Shown: one piece after another, positions 14,270 to 24,134 of the stretch
How the letters are laid out: each line of letters begins with the position of its first letter
Position numbering within the stretch: position 1 is the first letter of the stretch
IMG/VR virus record: IMGVR_UViG_3300031519_000083
Span: 1-36,525 of that record
DNA: 36,525 nucleotides
Origin: a virus
Taxonomy: Duplodnaviria; Caudoviricetes
Direction: 5' to 3' (one strand)
The notes under the pieces: generated by a model
Database searches by the model: none
Told to the model about the DNA's origin: nothing
The model's input: only the letters and a program-made list of their open reading frames with translations
Program-made: the position numbers and the translations under genes

Positions 14270-17200
14270 TTACAGCGTATTAAATAGACATCCTTTAGAA
14301 GCACTAGCTGGCGATGTAATGTCTCTAAGACCGTTTACGTCAAACGGTGCTAAGTATGTGCCGTCTACGGTTCCTTCTTGGTTCGTACCTGTTCTTTTAA
14401 ACCTACGCACATACGTGTTAGTAAAACTCGTAGGCTTTGTAGTCATAGCTATGTCAGTATAAAGCTGTGTAACATATTTAGTAATCCACTCTCTAGCGTA
14501 ATATGTAGTATAACCGGTAGAGCTACAGGTAGCATTGGAGTTCGCAGATGTAACTGAATATTCGTAAGCACCAGAGCCGTTTGCGCCACCGTAACTTGCG
14601 TCCCCCATTTTTAATGTTTGATAAATTCCAGAACTACCAACAGTTCCAGTACAATTTGGGTAAAGCAAGGTTGAGCCTGAAAAATTACCCATTGTTATTC
14701 TATATTCTCCGTCTGTTTCACCAAATTGCGAACCATCAAAAGCAAATATTCTATAACCAGTTGACACCCCAGCTGAACCGTTTGATACATTGTATTGGTA
14801 ATCTGTCTGTCCTATATTTTGATCTGCAGTATCTGTTAACTCGCTGTAAGTATTATATCTTACTGGTTGAAATACCGTTTGGCTTGGTAAGTTAGAAACA
14901 CTTGACATTTCCATACCAAACTTAGCTTTTTGACCATTTATATCATAAGCATGTTGCCAATCATTAAGACCACTAGGCAAATTCCTCCATTCAACAGATG
15001 CTGCTGTTTGAGTAGTTCCAAATGAAGATACATTTTGAGTCCTTATAGCCACGTAAAAAGCAGCGTCATTTCCGCCTTCAAACCAATTTCCTTTATATTG
15101 TTTTCTCCATAAATACTTGTTAGGGCTACATAAATAACCTTGCTGGTTTGGTACACTTGATGTTGGTGTTCCTGAATTGCTTCGCCTAAGACCAATATCT
15201 ATTATATGATTAGCAGCATCTAAATCTTGAAACGAACCGCTAGTGTTGTTAGGATTTGTGAAATAATAAGTATACATTCCACCGTCAGTAGTAGTTACTT
15301 CAGGTATAATAAATCTACTAGGTACAGGTGCGTTTCCTATAGTTATTGTTAAAATAGCATTTTGAGATGCTCCTCCCGCGTCTGTAACACTGATCTCAAG
15401 CGTGAATTGTCCAGCAGCAGTAGCTGATGAATTTGATATTTGACCAGTAGTAGAGTTTATAGTAAAATTGTTTGCCCCTGTAACTTTAGTCCAGGTAAGA
15501 TTAGCCGTTGAAGACCCTCCTGAAAGATTTGATCCATTGACTGCTGTTTGAGTACTAATAACCCCTGTTGTGCCGCTAATTACGATTATTGATTGAGTTG
15601 TACCAGCTCCTATAGTTGGGCTTATGTTTCCAAGTTGCCCAGTTGTAGTTACGTTGTTAGTAATAGGTGCCGCGGGGTCTGTGTTATCTGTTGCAGCAAA
15701 TGTAAATGTATAGGATTCATTAGTGTTAGCTCCAGGTCCATAATATTGATACGCATTAGTTACAAGCTCATATTCATTTCTTACACCTACAACACCTAAT
15801 GCGTTTAAAACCCATTCACCTGTTCTAGTAACGTTGGCCCCATCTACTACCGAGATTAACGTCATCGTTGTGCTATTTATAGGTGACACTGTTATATCGG
15901 TAGGATAGAAATTGGTAGCAACAACATCGGTATTACCTGTAGCCTCTGTTTGAGAAAAATTAAAATTGTCAATCCCAAAAGCACCACCAGTGTCTGTAGC
16001 TACAGCAACATTTAATTCAGATATTAATCCACTTGTCGATGTTTCAAAATAGAAATCTAATCTAGAAAGATCAGGCTCTGTTTCAAATATAGTTAAGTTT
16101 TCTATAGCTTCAAAAGTCCCATTGGGCGCACTTGTCTCAAAGTTAATTAAGCCAAAAGGTTGTGTTGTTGTTATCTGAGCTACTAAAGGATCCGATTCTG
16201 CTTTATAAAAAGGAAAAAACGGATTGTCGTTGTCAGTTATTGGTTTGTTTTGGTTAACTGTTTGCTCGTCGACATCGAAAAGACTACGTAAGTCTTCAAT
16301 AGAAGAAGTTGTATCTGTTAATCTCCCAGGATAAAACTGTTGATTACCTACAGCTACAGTTGCATACTGCGTATTCTCTACTCTACCAATTAATCTAACT
16401 GATGATCTAAATTGTTTTTGCAGTGGTCCAACTTCAGATAAATCTCTAGGAACTTTATTTATATTATCATTTATTAATGTAATATATGAAGTGTTTAAGT
16501 TTTGCGTAACATCCTGAGGATTACCTTTCATAGCTCCCGCATTATAGACGTTGTAGTAATCTTGTTCTTTTTGCTGAACAACTACCTTGTACGAATACCA
16601 TCCTAAAGGATTATAATTAGCACTAGTAGCATCACCGTTGTATAAGCCAGGAGCTCCAGTCAATAGGTTTTTAGTATCAGGTACAACCGCATTAAAAAGT
16701 ATTTTTAAAGACTCACCGGTCCAGCTTGCTGGAGCCGTGTCTGAAGTTGTTTGATATGGAGAAAACACAGTTGAAGCACCGAAACCGGAAGCGGTTAAAG
16801 CGCTTGTATTATTTGATAGTATAGTAGACGATTGTCTTCCAAATTTATCAGATAAAACTATACCTACTTGGTAATTTCTATTTTGTTTAACTGTTGAGTT
16901 AGGATATTCTACAATAGTCTTATTGCTAAAAGGCGAACTTTTAACATATTTGTCAGAGACAGCAACTTGATAGTCTAAAGCAGCCGGCGGTGTATGTTTG
17001 TCTTGAAAATTGCCATAAACAATTCTATTACTTATTACTTCTTGAGAAAAAGCTCTTACTGGAATTTTATCATAAACTCTTATTAATTCCTTAGAAGGAA
17101 GTGTTTTAAAAGGTTTTGTAGATTCGTAAGTGTATTCATATACATTATTCGCTCCAGTTGTAGTGCTAAAAGCATCATCTACTTGTATAGTTTCTGCAAC

Positions 17201-18400
17201 CTGGACAGCTAAGCCGTCAGATTCTTTATATAGTATATCAATAGCGGTTATTTTAAAAGTAGAAGTATCTCCAGCTAAATCAGTTGCATTAGCAGGAAGA
17301 GGTATTTGAAGTTGTATTTTTGTAACTTTATTCTCCATGAAACCCACCACGGTACTAGAAAAAGCTTGTTTTTCATCATCACCTATAAAGTATCCATCTT
17401 GTTTTGGAATAAAACATGGTTGAGTAAAAGGTGCAAATATAGAGTTTTCACCATCATCAAACTGAAACCTATAGCTAAACCTAATGAATTTATCTTCTAG
17501 AAAATCAGGATCACCACCAAAACTAGCGTCATAATATGGGTTAGCTGAACCATTAGGTAGAAGCGCGGTAGACACATCGTACATTGAAGTCTCTAAGCCA
17601 ACAAAACTAATGTTAGCTCCAAAGGCTAAGTCTTGTATTTTAGAAACGGTTATATCATAACTGTTTATACCCTCTACTACGGTACCGGCTTTAACACCTG
17701 TCCCAATTACTCCATTTCCAATTTGAATACCGGTGTTTGAAGTTACTGCTAATATGTTTGTATTAGAAGATGCGGTTAAAGTAGTAGCAAGGACAACAGC
17801 CCCTGCTTGCTCGCTTGGTTTTACAACTCTTATGCATTCATAAGGATTATATTTAGCTACTGATATTTGATCTTCACTTACATAGTAAGTTGGAGCAAAA
17901 TTGTTAGCATTAGGGTTTGCTAGTTTTACGTTTATTTTTCTAGGTTGATTCCTACTATCTGTAAAGAATAACAACTCTTCTAAGAGGTTAACACCTATTA
18001 TCGGACTAGTTGTTGAGAAATTCAAGAAAGCGCCTCTAACAAGCGTTCTAGTGTCACCAGTGATTGTATTGTGCTTGAATACAAAGTTGTTAGCTGAGGT
18101 ATTGTAAGTTATGGTACTTTCACTTGAATTATCTGTATTATCTGTGAAAAAAGAATATATATCGTTATTAAATTCATCTACAAAAAAGCCAATACATTTA
18201 ATACCCGGAACACTCACCGCTGCTCCAAAATCAAAAGCAACCGAGTTACCTAAAACATTTTCTAAAGCACCAACGTCGGATGATTCGGATTTACTAACCT
18301 GTACATTTAAAGCATCTCGATATTCTCCATTAGGTAATAATCGATCATCAAGATCTTTATTCATCTTGGATTTAATGAATGCGTTTTTAACTTCAGCCAT
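14270..18400 (-). CDS. Tail nozzle/stabilization ('muzzle') protein, N-terminal part, with Ig/cadherin-like and variable C-terminal domains
   Basis: MAEVKNAF..SKMNKDLDDRLLPNGEYRDALN N-terminus, LLFFTD...PRKIN, RFSYRF, QEVISNRIVYGN. Cadherin-like segment (FTINSTTGQI...FTLEISVTDAGG) at ~15330-15625. Confidence 0.8.
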   Translation of the reverse strand: MAEVKNAFIKSKMNKDLDDRLLPNGEYRDALNVQVSKSESSDVGALENVLGNSVAFDFGAAVSVPGIKCIGFFVDEFNNDIYSFFTDNTDNSSESTITYNTSANNFVFKHNTITGDTRTLVRGAFLNFSTTSPIIGVNLLEELLFFTDSRNQPRKINVKLANPNANNFAPTYYVSEDQISVAKYNPYECIRVVKPSEQAGAVVLATTLTASSNTNILAVTSNTGIQIGNGVIGTGVKAGTVVEGINSYDITVSKIQDLAFGANISFVGLETSMYDVSTALLPNGSANPYYDASFGGDPDFLEDKFIRFSYRFQFDDGENSIFAPFTQPCFIPKQDGYFIGDDEKQAFSSTVVGFMENKVTKIQLQIPLPANATDLAGDTSTFKITAIDILYKESDGLAVQVAETIQVDDAFSTTTGANNVYEYTYESTKPFKTLPSKELIRVYDKIPVRAFSQEVISNRIVYGNFQDKHTPPAALDYQVAVSDKYVKSSPFSNKTIVEYPNSTVKQNRNYQVGIVLSDKFGRQSSTILSNNTSALTASGFGASTVFSPYQTTSDTAPASWTGESLKILFNAVVPDTKNLLTGAPGLYNGDATSANYNPLGWYSYKVVVQQKEQDYYNVYNAGAMKGNPQDVTQNLNTSYITLINDNINKVPRDLSEVGPLQKQFRSSVRLIGRVENTQYATVAVGNQQFYPGRLTDTTSSIEDLRSLFDVDEQTVNQNKPITDNDNPFFPFYKAESDPLVAQITTTQPFGLINFETSAPNGTFEAIENLTIFETEPDLSRLDFYFETSTSGLISELNVAVATDTGGAFGIDNFNFSQTEATGNTDVVATNFYPTDITVSPINSTTMTLISVVDGANVTRTGEWVLNALGVVGVRNEYELVTNAYQYYGPGANTNESYTFTFAATDNTDPAAPITNNVTTTGQLGNISPTIGAGTTQSIIVISGTTGVISTQTAVNGSNLSGGSSTANLTWTKVTGANNFTINSTTGQISNSSATAAGQFTLEISVTDAGGASQNAILTITIGNAPVPSRFIIPEVTTTDGGMYTYYFTNPNNTSGSFQDLDAANHIIDIGLRRSNSGTPTSSVPNQQGYLCSPNKYLWRKQYKGNWFEGGNDAAFYVAIRTQNVSSFGTTQTAASVEWRNLPSGLNDWQHAYDINGQKAKFGMEMSSVSNLPSQTVFQPVRYNTYSELTDTADQNIGQTDYQYNVSNGSAGVSTGYRIFAFDGSQFGETDGEYRITMGNFSGSTLLYPNCTGTVGSSGIYQTLKMGDASYGGANGSGAYEYSVTSANSNATCSSTGYTTYYAREWITKYVTQLYTDIAMTTKPTSFTNTYVRRFKRTGTNQEGTVDGTYLAPFDVNGLRDITSPASASKGCLFNTL

Positions 18401-18405
18401 TTAAT

Positions 18406-19626
18406 TTATGATTTTATCCATTTAGATTTACCTCTCATCACTTGAACTATCTGATCAAGTTTTATGTTAGATAATCTTATTTTAGCGTTTCTAAGCTTAG
18501 CACTTTTTTCTCTTTTTAATCTATTAACAACGTACTCTGGTTGGTTTATTCTTGACGCAATTACTGCATGACTAATATAAGCATACATAGCATCTTCGGC
18601 CATCTTAGGAACCTTAGTGTCTAAGTCATAAGCTAAGCCGTCCGATATATATTCCAGTATGATTAACGCACCGGCTAAGTTACTTGAAAAAGACATTTTG
18701 CCTTCTCTATGATTTATAGTAAACCATCCATTTGATTGCGCATATTGAGGATCCATACCGTAACGCTGACCGTAACCCATGCCAAATTCTTCCCACCTAA
18801 GAGAATCGAATTGATCATTATATAGTTGAGGTGTTAAATTACCATTTACTATGTTATCATTAGCGGAAGCCCATCTAGCTTCTGTTATCGATGTTCCCTC
18901 TAAGTTTTCACCAAAGTTGTCTTGAGTTGGAACTCCAACACTGTCTTGCAAAGGCATTGCCCCAGGATTAATAGTTAAGTTATTTGCAGGATATATAGGT
19001 CTTTTAACACCTAAAGCATCTATCCAAGAAGCTTTAACATAGTTAACATAATCTTGAGGTATAACGACACTCAAACTAGGAGGTACGTTTAACTCTTGAG
19101 ACTTAGTGCTTTGTAGAGTGTCATAGCTAAATTCCTGCATAGCTCTTTTAGCATGGAATATTATATCTGTTCTCTTTGCACTAGGTATAAGTTTTCCGTT
19201 ACCAACGTAAGCTATTATAAAATTATTTATTATTTCAGATAAAGCAGTATAAGCATAACTATCATAGTTTTCTTCAACAGCTTCTCCGACAGCATCTCTA
19301 TTTCCATAGTTACCTCCGTCTAATCTTTTTAATTGAACAACTACACTTGTGTTTAAAGCGACTGCAGCTGTTATAGTTATAGTATTACCTACAACAGTAA
19401 AAGCATTAATATACTCTGTATAAGTTAAAACACCTGGCGCCGCTGTATATAGTTTAAAATTATTTAAAGCGTAGTTTGTGTCTAATGGATTCCACGCAGT
19501 TGCACCCCCGAAAACCAATTCAGTATCGAAAGTGGTTGTAAAAGCTTGCCCACCTAAAGCTGTTGCTGCTAGGAATTTTTGAGAACCTGCATAATACTGT
19601 TCATTAGTTTCTGTTATAAGTCCCAT
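18406..19626 (-). CDS. Tail ring/adaptor structural protein
   Basis: Lies between the head genes and the nozzle. IPQDYVNYV, ILEYISDG and K..EDAMYAYI motifs resemble crAss-like ring proteins. Confidence 0.65.
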   Translation of the reverse strand: MGLITETNEQYYAGSQKFLAATALGGQAFTTTFDTELVFGGATAWNPLDTNYALNNFKLYTAAPGVLTYTEYINAFTVVGNTITITAAVALNTSVVVQLKRLDGGNYGNRDAVGEAVEENYDSYAYTALSEIINNFIIAYVGNGKLIPSAKRTDIIFHAKRAMQEFSYDTLQSTKSQELNVPPSLSVVIPQDYVNYVKASWIDALGVKRPIYPANNLTINPGAMPLQDSVGVPTQDNFGENLEGTSITEARWASANDNIVNGNLTPQLYNDQFDSLRWEEFGMGYGQRYGMDPQYAQSNGWFTINHREGKMSFSSNLAGALIILEYISDGLAYDLDTKVPKMAEDAMYAYISHAVIASRINQPEYVVNRLKREKSAKLRNAKIRLSNIKLDQIVQVMRGKSKWIKS

Positions 19627-19629
19627 TTA

Positions 19630-20421
19630 TTAACTTTTTTGATTTATTTCTTCTTGTTGGATTTGTTGTGATGCTGCTTGAACAATTTGAGGATCTCTTA
19701 TAACTATACCAGCATAAAGTAATACTTTTAATATAACACTTGTTTGCTCCGTAGAAGACAACTCAAAGTTAACTGAACCACCACCACCAGCACTATTGAA
19801 TATATAACTGTTTCCAGGTCCAAGAGTAAAAGCCCATTGAACATTTAGTGGCTTTCTTAAGAAATCTACAGATACGGTGTCAGCGGCTACAGTAGTAGGT
19901 CTTATAAATAATTTATTGTTTTCGTACAAATACGTAGGGAATCTTAGCGTAGATGCCGTGAGGTTTGATTTTTGTATGTTGTAAAACTCGTTTCTAGGAA
20001 GTCTTTGAAGTTCTGTAGGTAGACCAACTGTAGGTTGATATGTTACAGTTCCTAATTTGTAGAAACTAGCTTGACCAACTGTCAACGGTGTTAGCTGATT
20101 ATAAACGATTTGAGTACCGTATATATCAACTGTTGGTAAATCCCAGTAAGGATTATTTGCTATTGCTGTATTAAGCGTTGCATTGCCTGTAGTTTTAAAT
20201 ATAGATATTTTTTCATCTATAGCCATTTGTCTATCAGCATAGTCAACGTCTGCTTGTGGCACTCGTAGTTGTTGGTTTAAATCCTCGAAATATTGTTCGA
20301 ATATGTCTAACTGAACCTGAGTAGCTATCCTGTTAAATTCAGGTGGTGTCATATAGCCACGCTGTTCTTTGTTTAGTATTAACAAGACAGTTTTATATAC
20401 TGTATCTACGTTTATTGCCAT
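19630..20421 (-). CDS. Head-tail adaptor/ring protein
   Basis: LNKEQRGYMTPPEFN..A..VQ N-terminus, FLRKP, helical C-terminus; synteny downstream of the major capsid gene. Confidence 0.65.
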   Translation of the reverse strand: MAINVDTVYKTVLLILNKEQRGYMTPPEFNRIATQVQLDIFEQYFEDLNQQLRVPQADVDYADRQMAIDEKISIFKTTGNATLNTAIANNPYWDLPTVDIYGTQIVYNQLTPLTVGQASFYKLGTVTYQPTVGLPTELQRLPRNEFYNIQKSNLTASTLRFPTYLYENNKLFIRPTTVAADTVSVDFLRKPLNVQWAFTLGPGNSYIFNSAGGGGSVNFELSSTEQTSVILKVLLYAGIVIRDPQIVQAASQQIQQEEINQKS

Positions 20422-20436
20422 TTTTTTTATTTATTA

Positions 20437-20469
20437 TAATATAGGCCCGAGTAAACGAGCCCTATATTA
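20437..20469 (-). terminator. Intergenic stem-loop (terminator or 5' stabilising hairpin)
   Basis: Minus strand TAATATAG-GGCTCG-tttact-CGGGCC-TATATTA. No clear U-tract follows on the minus strand. Confidence 0.5.
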
Positions 20470-20480
20470 ATATTACATGT
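20468..20480 (-). promoter_or_regulatory. Candidate phage promoter motif ACATGTAATATTA
   Basis: Copy of the AyAnGTAAywwTA motif upstream of the ring-protein gene. Confidence 0.45.
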
Positions 20481-21301
20481 TATTTCAAGTTTTTCTCCAC
20501 TGACCTAAAAACTTCTACACCCTCATCGGTTTTAAAGTAAGCAGCCATTGCAGAGTAAGGATTCTCATCGAAAGGAACTGTCATTAGTTTTCTTCCAGTT
20601 GAAGCCCAAGTAAATGTTCTTTGATCCTGAGACAATACTATAATACCAGATTCCGAAGCTCTAATAGCTACATTTCTAAGTTGAACGTTTTCATCATTAG
20701 CTAGATCTAAGAATAGTGTTGGATTGTTCTTAGCAAACAATAGTAAATCTCTTTTAAGTTCCTTAGAACTCATCTTACTAACCCCAGATCCTAGTTCTAC
20801 CCTCATGATAGCTTCAGCTTGATCTATTTCCATTTCTCTAGCAGATAATAAAGCATCAATTTGAAGATCTAATACATCTAAATCGTCTTCAGCTTCTTCA
20901 GCAGCGCTAAACTCTTCAAATATTCTTCCTTTTAAAGGATGATATATTGAAAGTAGCTTTTGCAGGTTTTGCATTTCTTTTGGCACTCTTAAATCACCAT
21001 CAGCAAACTGTATGTGACCTAATGTGCATTCTCCTTTTTGTTCGTCTACTAACGGAGATGATTGATTAGTAGCGTATCTTATTTCTCTTTGTACACCAGT
21101 GATCTTGTCAAAATATAATAGCGGATGCTTTCTAGTGTGACGACACGGTACTGTTAGAGTAAGAGGGCTTTTATTGCCTCTTAAATAATAAATTCTATCT
21201 TTAATTTCCCAAGTTGGTTTACTTGGCTGAGCAGCCTTAACAGGTTGTGCTTTAACTTGAGGCGCTACCTCAACTTTTTTAGCTTGTGCTTTTGTAGCCA
21301 T
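20480..21301 (-). CDS. Conserved structural/assembly protein downstream of the major capsid gene
   Basis: 273 aa; K/A/P/Q-rich N-terminal tail, RYATNQ.SP..DEQ motif and acidic helical core. Position matches the conserved gene next to MCP in crAss-like capsid modules. Confidence 0.65.
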   Translation of the reverse strand: MATKAQAKKVEVAPQVKAQPVKAAQPSKPTWEIKDRIYYLRGNKSPLTLTVPCRHTRKHPLLYFDKITGVQREIRYATNQSSPLVDEQKGECTLGHIQFADGDLRVPKEMQNLQKLLSIYHPLKGRIFEEFSAAEEAEDDLDVLDLQIDALLSAREMEIDQAEAIMRVELGSGVSKMSSKELKRDLLLFAKNNPTLFLDLANDENVQLRNVAIRASESGIIVLSQDQRTFTWASTGRKLMTVPFDENPYSAMAAYFKTDEGVEVFRSVEKNLK

Positions 21302-21378
21302 AATATGATATAATATAAATGTTTATTTAATGACAATAGCCTGTTACTATAATATATACTAGCTAATGTCACATAAGA

Positions 21379-21419
21379 GTAATAGTTACCCCCGTAGTTT
21401 TAACGAGGGTAATTACTAC
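21379..21419 (-). terminator. Rho-independent terminator after the major capsid gene
   Basis: Minus strand GTAGTAATTACCCTCGT-taaaact-ACGGGGGTAACTATTAC followed by TCTTAT. The G-U pairs work on the minus-strand transcript. Confidence 0.75.
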
Positions 21420-21435
21420 ATTAATTTTGAATCTT

Positions 21436-22875
21436 TTAGATTCCTTTGAATAATACAAAGTTGTTAGCAGCTTGAGTTACTAAACATCTTTCAGATAGGA
21501 AGTTTACTTCCATTGCATCCAAAGTAGATGTTGTTGCTCCACCAGCAGAACCAGTTAACCAAGATTTCATACGTCTATCATCAGATGCAGACGCTCTATA
21601 TCTTACGTGTAAGAAAGGTCTTCTAATGTTAGTTCCTAAAATTTGATCATATACTGTAGATGTTCCAGCAGGTACTAATACTCCTTCAACAGAAGATATA
21701 CCAGTTGAAGCTCCACGAGTAGATGCGTCATTTAAGTATTTCCAGTCAGTTTTGTAAAAGTCATAAGAACCTCTTCTAAATCCTGAGAATCCTAAGTTCA
21801 AAGCCATTTCTTCTGAATTTTCGAATAAACCAAAAGCAGTACCTCCAGCGAATCCACCAGAAATAGAAGCTAACATATCGTCAAAATCTAAAGACGTTTG
21901 TCTTTGTAAAAATAACATGTTCTCTTCAATTGCTCCTTGTGTGTCTAAGTTCTTTAAGATAGCATCAAATTCGTCTAATCCAGCAGCAGCAGTAAATCCT
22001 ACTTCTACGTTTCCACGAGTTTGGATAGCAGCAAATAAACCTTGTGATCCAGGGTTTGTTGCATTAGTTCCTAATTGGCTGTACTCAGCTTCTACCATAC
22101 TCATTTCTAAATAGTCTTCAAAACGTAATCTTGTTTCAGATTCAGCTTTTAAATACCATAAGTATCCAGATGTTCCGTCTTCAGTAGCAACTTCTACCCA
22201 TCCAATTTGTGACATATCAGAACCAGAAATTGTATACTGATTTCTTAATATAATAGGAGAGTTAGAATATTGTGTGAAAGATGGAGTAACTGATACTCTA
22301 GCTCCTGTAGCAATGTTAGATCCTTTAGCATAGTCAGAACCGTATACAAATACCTTGATACCTGTTCCTAAAGCTACTGCACCAGCAACTAAGTTACCAA
22401 CAAGACCTGCATTGTCATAAGATTGTACAGTAAAGTTACCACCAGCACCAGGTACAGAAGCAGTTACGATAGCTTTAGACTCAGCTCCGTTTGCGGGATT
22501 TAAAAGTACTACGGTATCGTTTACAGATATAACATTTGTATCAGCAGCAGCTACAGCAATAACGTTTGTAGTTGCACCAGCAGCCACAACATTCGCAGCA
22601 ACAGAAACTCCGTTGTAAGAGATGTGTAATCTATTTTGTTCAGACCAAATTACTTGATCAGACGTCATTGGCATTTCAGCGCCAACCATTCTTAAGAAAC
22701 CAGATAACGTCCTGTTTCCATAACGCTCTACTTCTTGTTCATAAATTTCAGGTAAATACTGTTGTGCAAAGTTGTTTGCGCCAGCACCAGCTCCGTTAAA
22801 TTGGAGGTAATTACTCTGTAAAGGTTGTTGTAATTGACTCGGTTGAATTGAACCGAATTGTGGAGTTAAACTCAT
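21436..22875 (-). CDS. Major capsid protein
   Basis: 479 aa, after portal and scaffold; strongly biased codons (GCT/TCT/AAC/GGT). QQYLPEIYE.EVERYGNRT, WSEQNRLH, GF.GFRRGSYDFYK.DWKYLND and LSERCL motifs; followed by a terminator. Confidence 0.9.
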   Translation of the reverse strand: MSLTPQFGSIQPSQLQQPLQSNYLQFNGAGAGANNFAQQYLPEIYEQEVERYGNRTLSGFLRMVGAEMPMTSDQVIWSEQNRLHISYNGVSVAANVVAAGATTNVIAVAAADTNVISVNDTVVLLNPANGAESKAIVTASVPGAGGNFTVQSYDNAGLVGNLVAGAVALGTGIKVFVYGSDYAKGSNIATGARVSVTPSFTQYSNSPIILRNQYTISGSDMSQIGWVEVATEDGTSGYLWYLKAESETRLRFEDYLEMSMVEAEYSQLGTNATNPGSQGLFAAIQTRGNVEVGFTAAAGLDEFDAILKNLDTQGAIEENMLFLQRQTSLDFDDMLASISGGFAGGTAFGLFENSEEMALNLGFSGFRRGSYDFYKTDWKYLNDASTRGASTGISSVEGVLVPAGTSTVYDQILGTNIRRPFLHVRYRASASDDRRMKSWLTGSAGGATTSTLDAMEVNFLSERCLVTQAANNFVLFKGI

Positions 22876-22887
22876 AATAATTGTTTT

Positions 22888-24099
22888 TTAGTTAAATTTA
22901 TTCTTTTTAATACTTAGTTTTGAAGAAGTAGAGTTGCCGTTAACTGCTTTTACTTTCCAGCCATTTACAAACTCTGAACCAGTGGATGTTTTCCTTGATT
23001 CTGTTGTAATGTTTTTAGATTTAGCTACAACCTCTTTAACTTGATCGGCTTTACCCTGTTCGTAAAAGTGTTGAGCTATTGTGTCAGCATTTCTAGCAGC
23101 ATACAAAGCTTTGTGGTAACCTTTTGCATCAGCTATTTCTCCTTCTTTGTTTAGGAACTTCCCAATAAAGTTAGTAATATCTGATTGTTGCTCAGCTACC
23201 GCTGAAGGATTTTTAACACCGTATCTAAATTTCTTTTCTCCTACGTTGAAATCAAAACCTTTGAAATCGTCATTGAAAAGTTTGTTAGTGGCATCTTTAA
23301 AATTCTCCTGTTTGACAGTGTTTACTTTCTGCTCTTCGTTATATCGGCTAAAAAAGTCAGTTGCTTTCTGTTGGTCTTGAGTTACGCCTGGTCTCAACTT
23401 GATCTCATCGTAGTATTTACTCTTAGTTTCCTCTAGAAAGTTTCTAGCTTTATTAACTTCTTCTTTAAACGCAATTTTTTTCTTGCGTATATCTCTTTCC
23501 TCGTCTAAATCTTCATCATATTCATAATCTTCTAAGATTATATCCATGTCTTGAGCATCTAAATAAGGTTTTGTTTTTTTATAATACTCTCTTAATAATT
23601 GAGTTTCATCAACTGTAGAATAGTCAGCGTTTAATCTAACGTAATCCTCAACTGTTCCCCCAGTATCTTCCATGAAGTTTACTAGTTTCTCAACATTTTC
23701 TGGTAGTTTTCTACCTAAGATCTTTTCATCTCTTACGGCCTCTTGAGCTTCTTTAGTTACTTGCTTTATTTCCTCGTCAGTTACTTCTTGTAAAGGCGTG
23801 AGCTTGGTAATAACATCTTCAGCGGACCCTTTGTCTCCTTGTCCCACTTCTTGCAATCCCATTTCGGGTTGTTCTGTGCGTAACACAGGTTTCTCTGCTT
23901 CTTGCTCTTGAATGGCATTTTCTTCAGGTTTTAATGCGTCGTTAGGAATTACTACTTTAGTAACTTCTTCTTTGTTTTCTAACACAGGTTCTTTAATACT
24001 AACCTTTGTTACAGCCGGAGCTTCTTGATTTAACTGTTTAGGTTTAGTGCTTTTTCCTTTTAAAGAAAACTCACCTTCCTGTTTAGTTGCTTCTTCCAT
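22888..24099 (-). CDS. Probable capsid scaffolding protein
   Basis: Acidic disordered N-terminus and helical core; lies between portal and MCP; HFYEQGKAD near the C-terminus. Confidence 0.75.
   Translation of the reverse strand: MEEATKQEGEFSLKGKSTKPKQLNQEAPAVTKVSIKEPVLENKEEVTKVVIPNDALKPEENAIQEQEAEKPVLRTEQPEMGLQEVGQGDKGSAEDVITKLTPLQEVTDEEIKQVTKEAQEAVRDEKILGRKLPENVEKLVNFMEDTGGTVEDYVRLNADYSTVDETQLLREYYKKTKPYLDAQDMDIILEDYEYDEDLDEERDIRKKKIAFKEEVNKARNFLEETKSKYYDEIKLRPGVTQDQQKATDFFSRYNEEQKVNTVKQENFKDATNKLFNDDFKGFDFNVGEKKFRYGVKNPSAVAEQQSDITNFIGKFLNKEGEIADAKGYHKALYAARNADTIAQHFYEQGKADQVKEVVAKSKNITTESRKTSTGSEFVNGWKVKAVNGNSTSSKLSIKKNKFN
23781..23918 (-). CDS. Overprinted 45-aa small basic protein in the +1 frame of the scaffold gene (MPFKSKKQRNLCYAQNNPKWDCKKWDKETKGPLKMLLPSSRLYKK)
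   Basis: Hand-translated ATG to TAA; A-rich context (GAAGAAA-ATG). MPFKSxxQR...NP...W..ET pattern recalled from stand-alone small phage proteins; local GC elevation. Confidence 0.7.
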   Translation of the reverse strand: MPFKSKKQRNLCYAQNNPKWDCKKWDKETKGPLKMLLPSSRLYKK

Positions 24100-24134
24100 G
24101 ATATAATATAATTAAATAGTTAATTTTGATAGTA

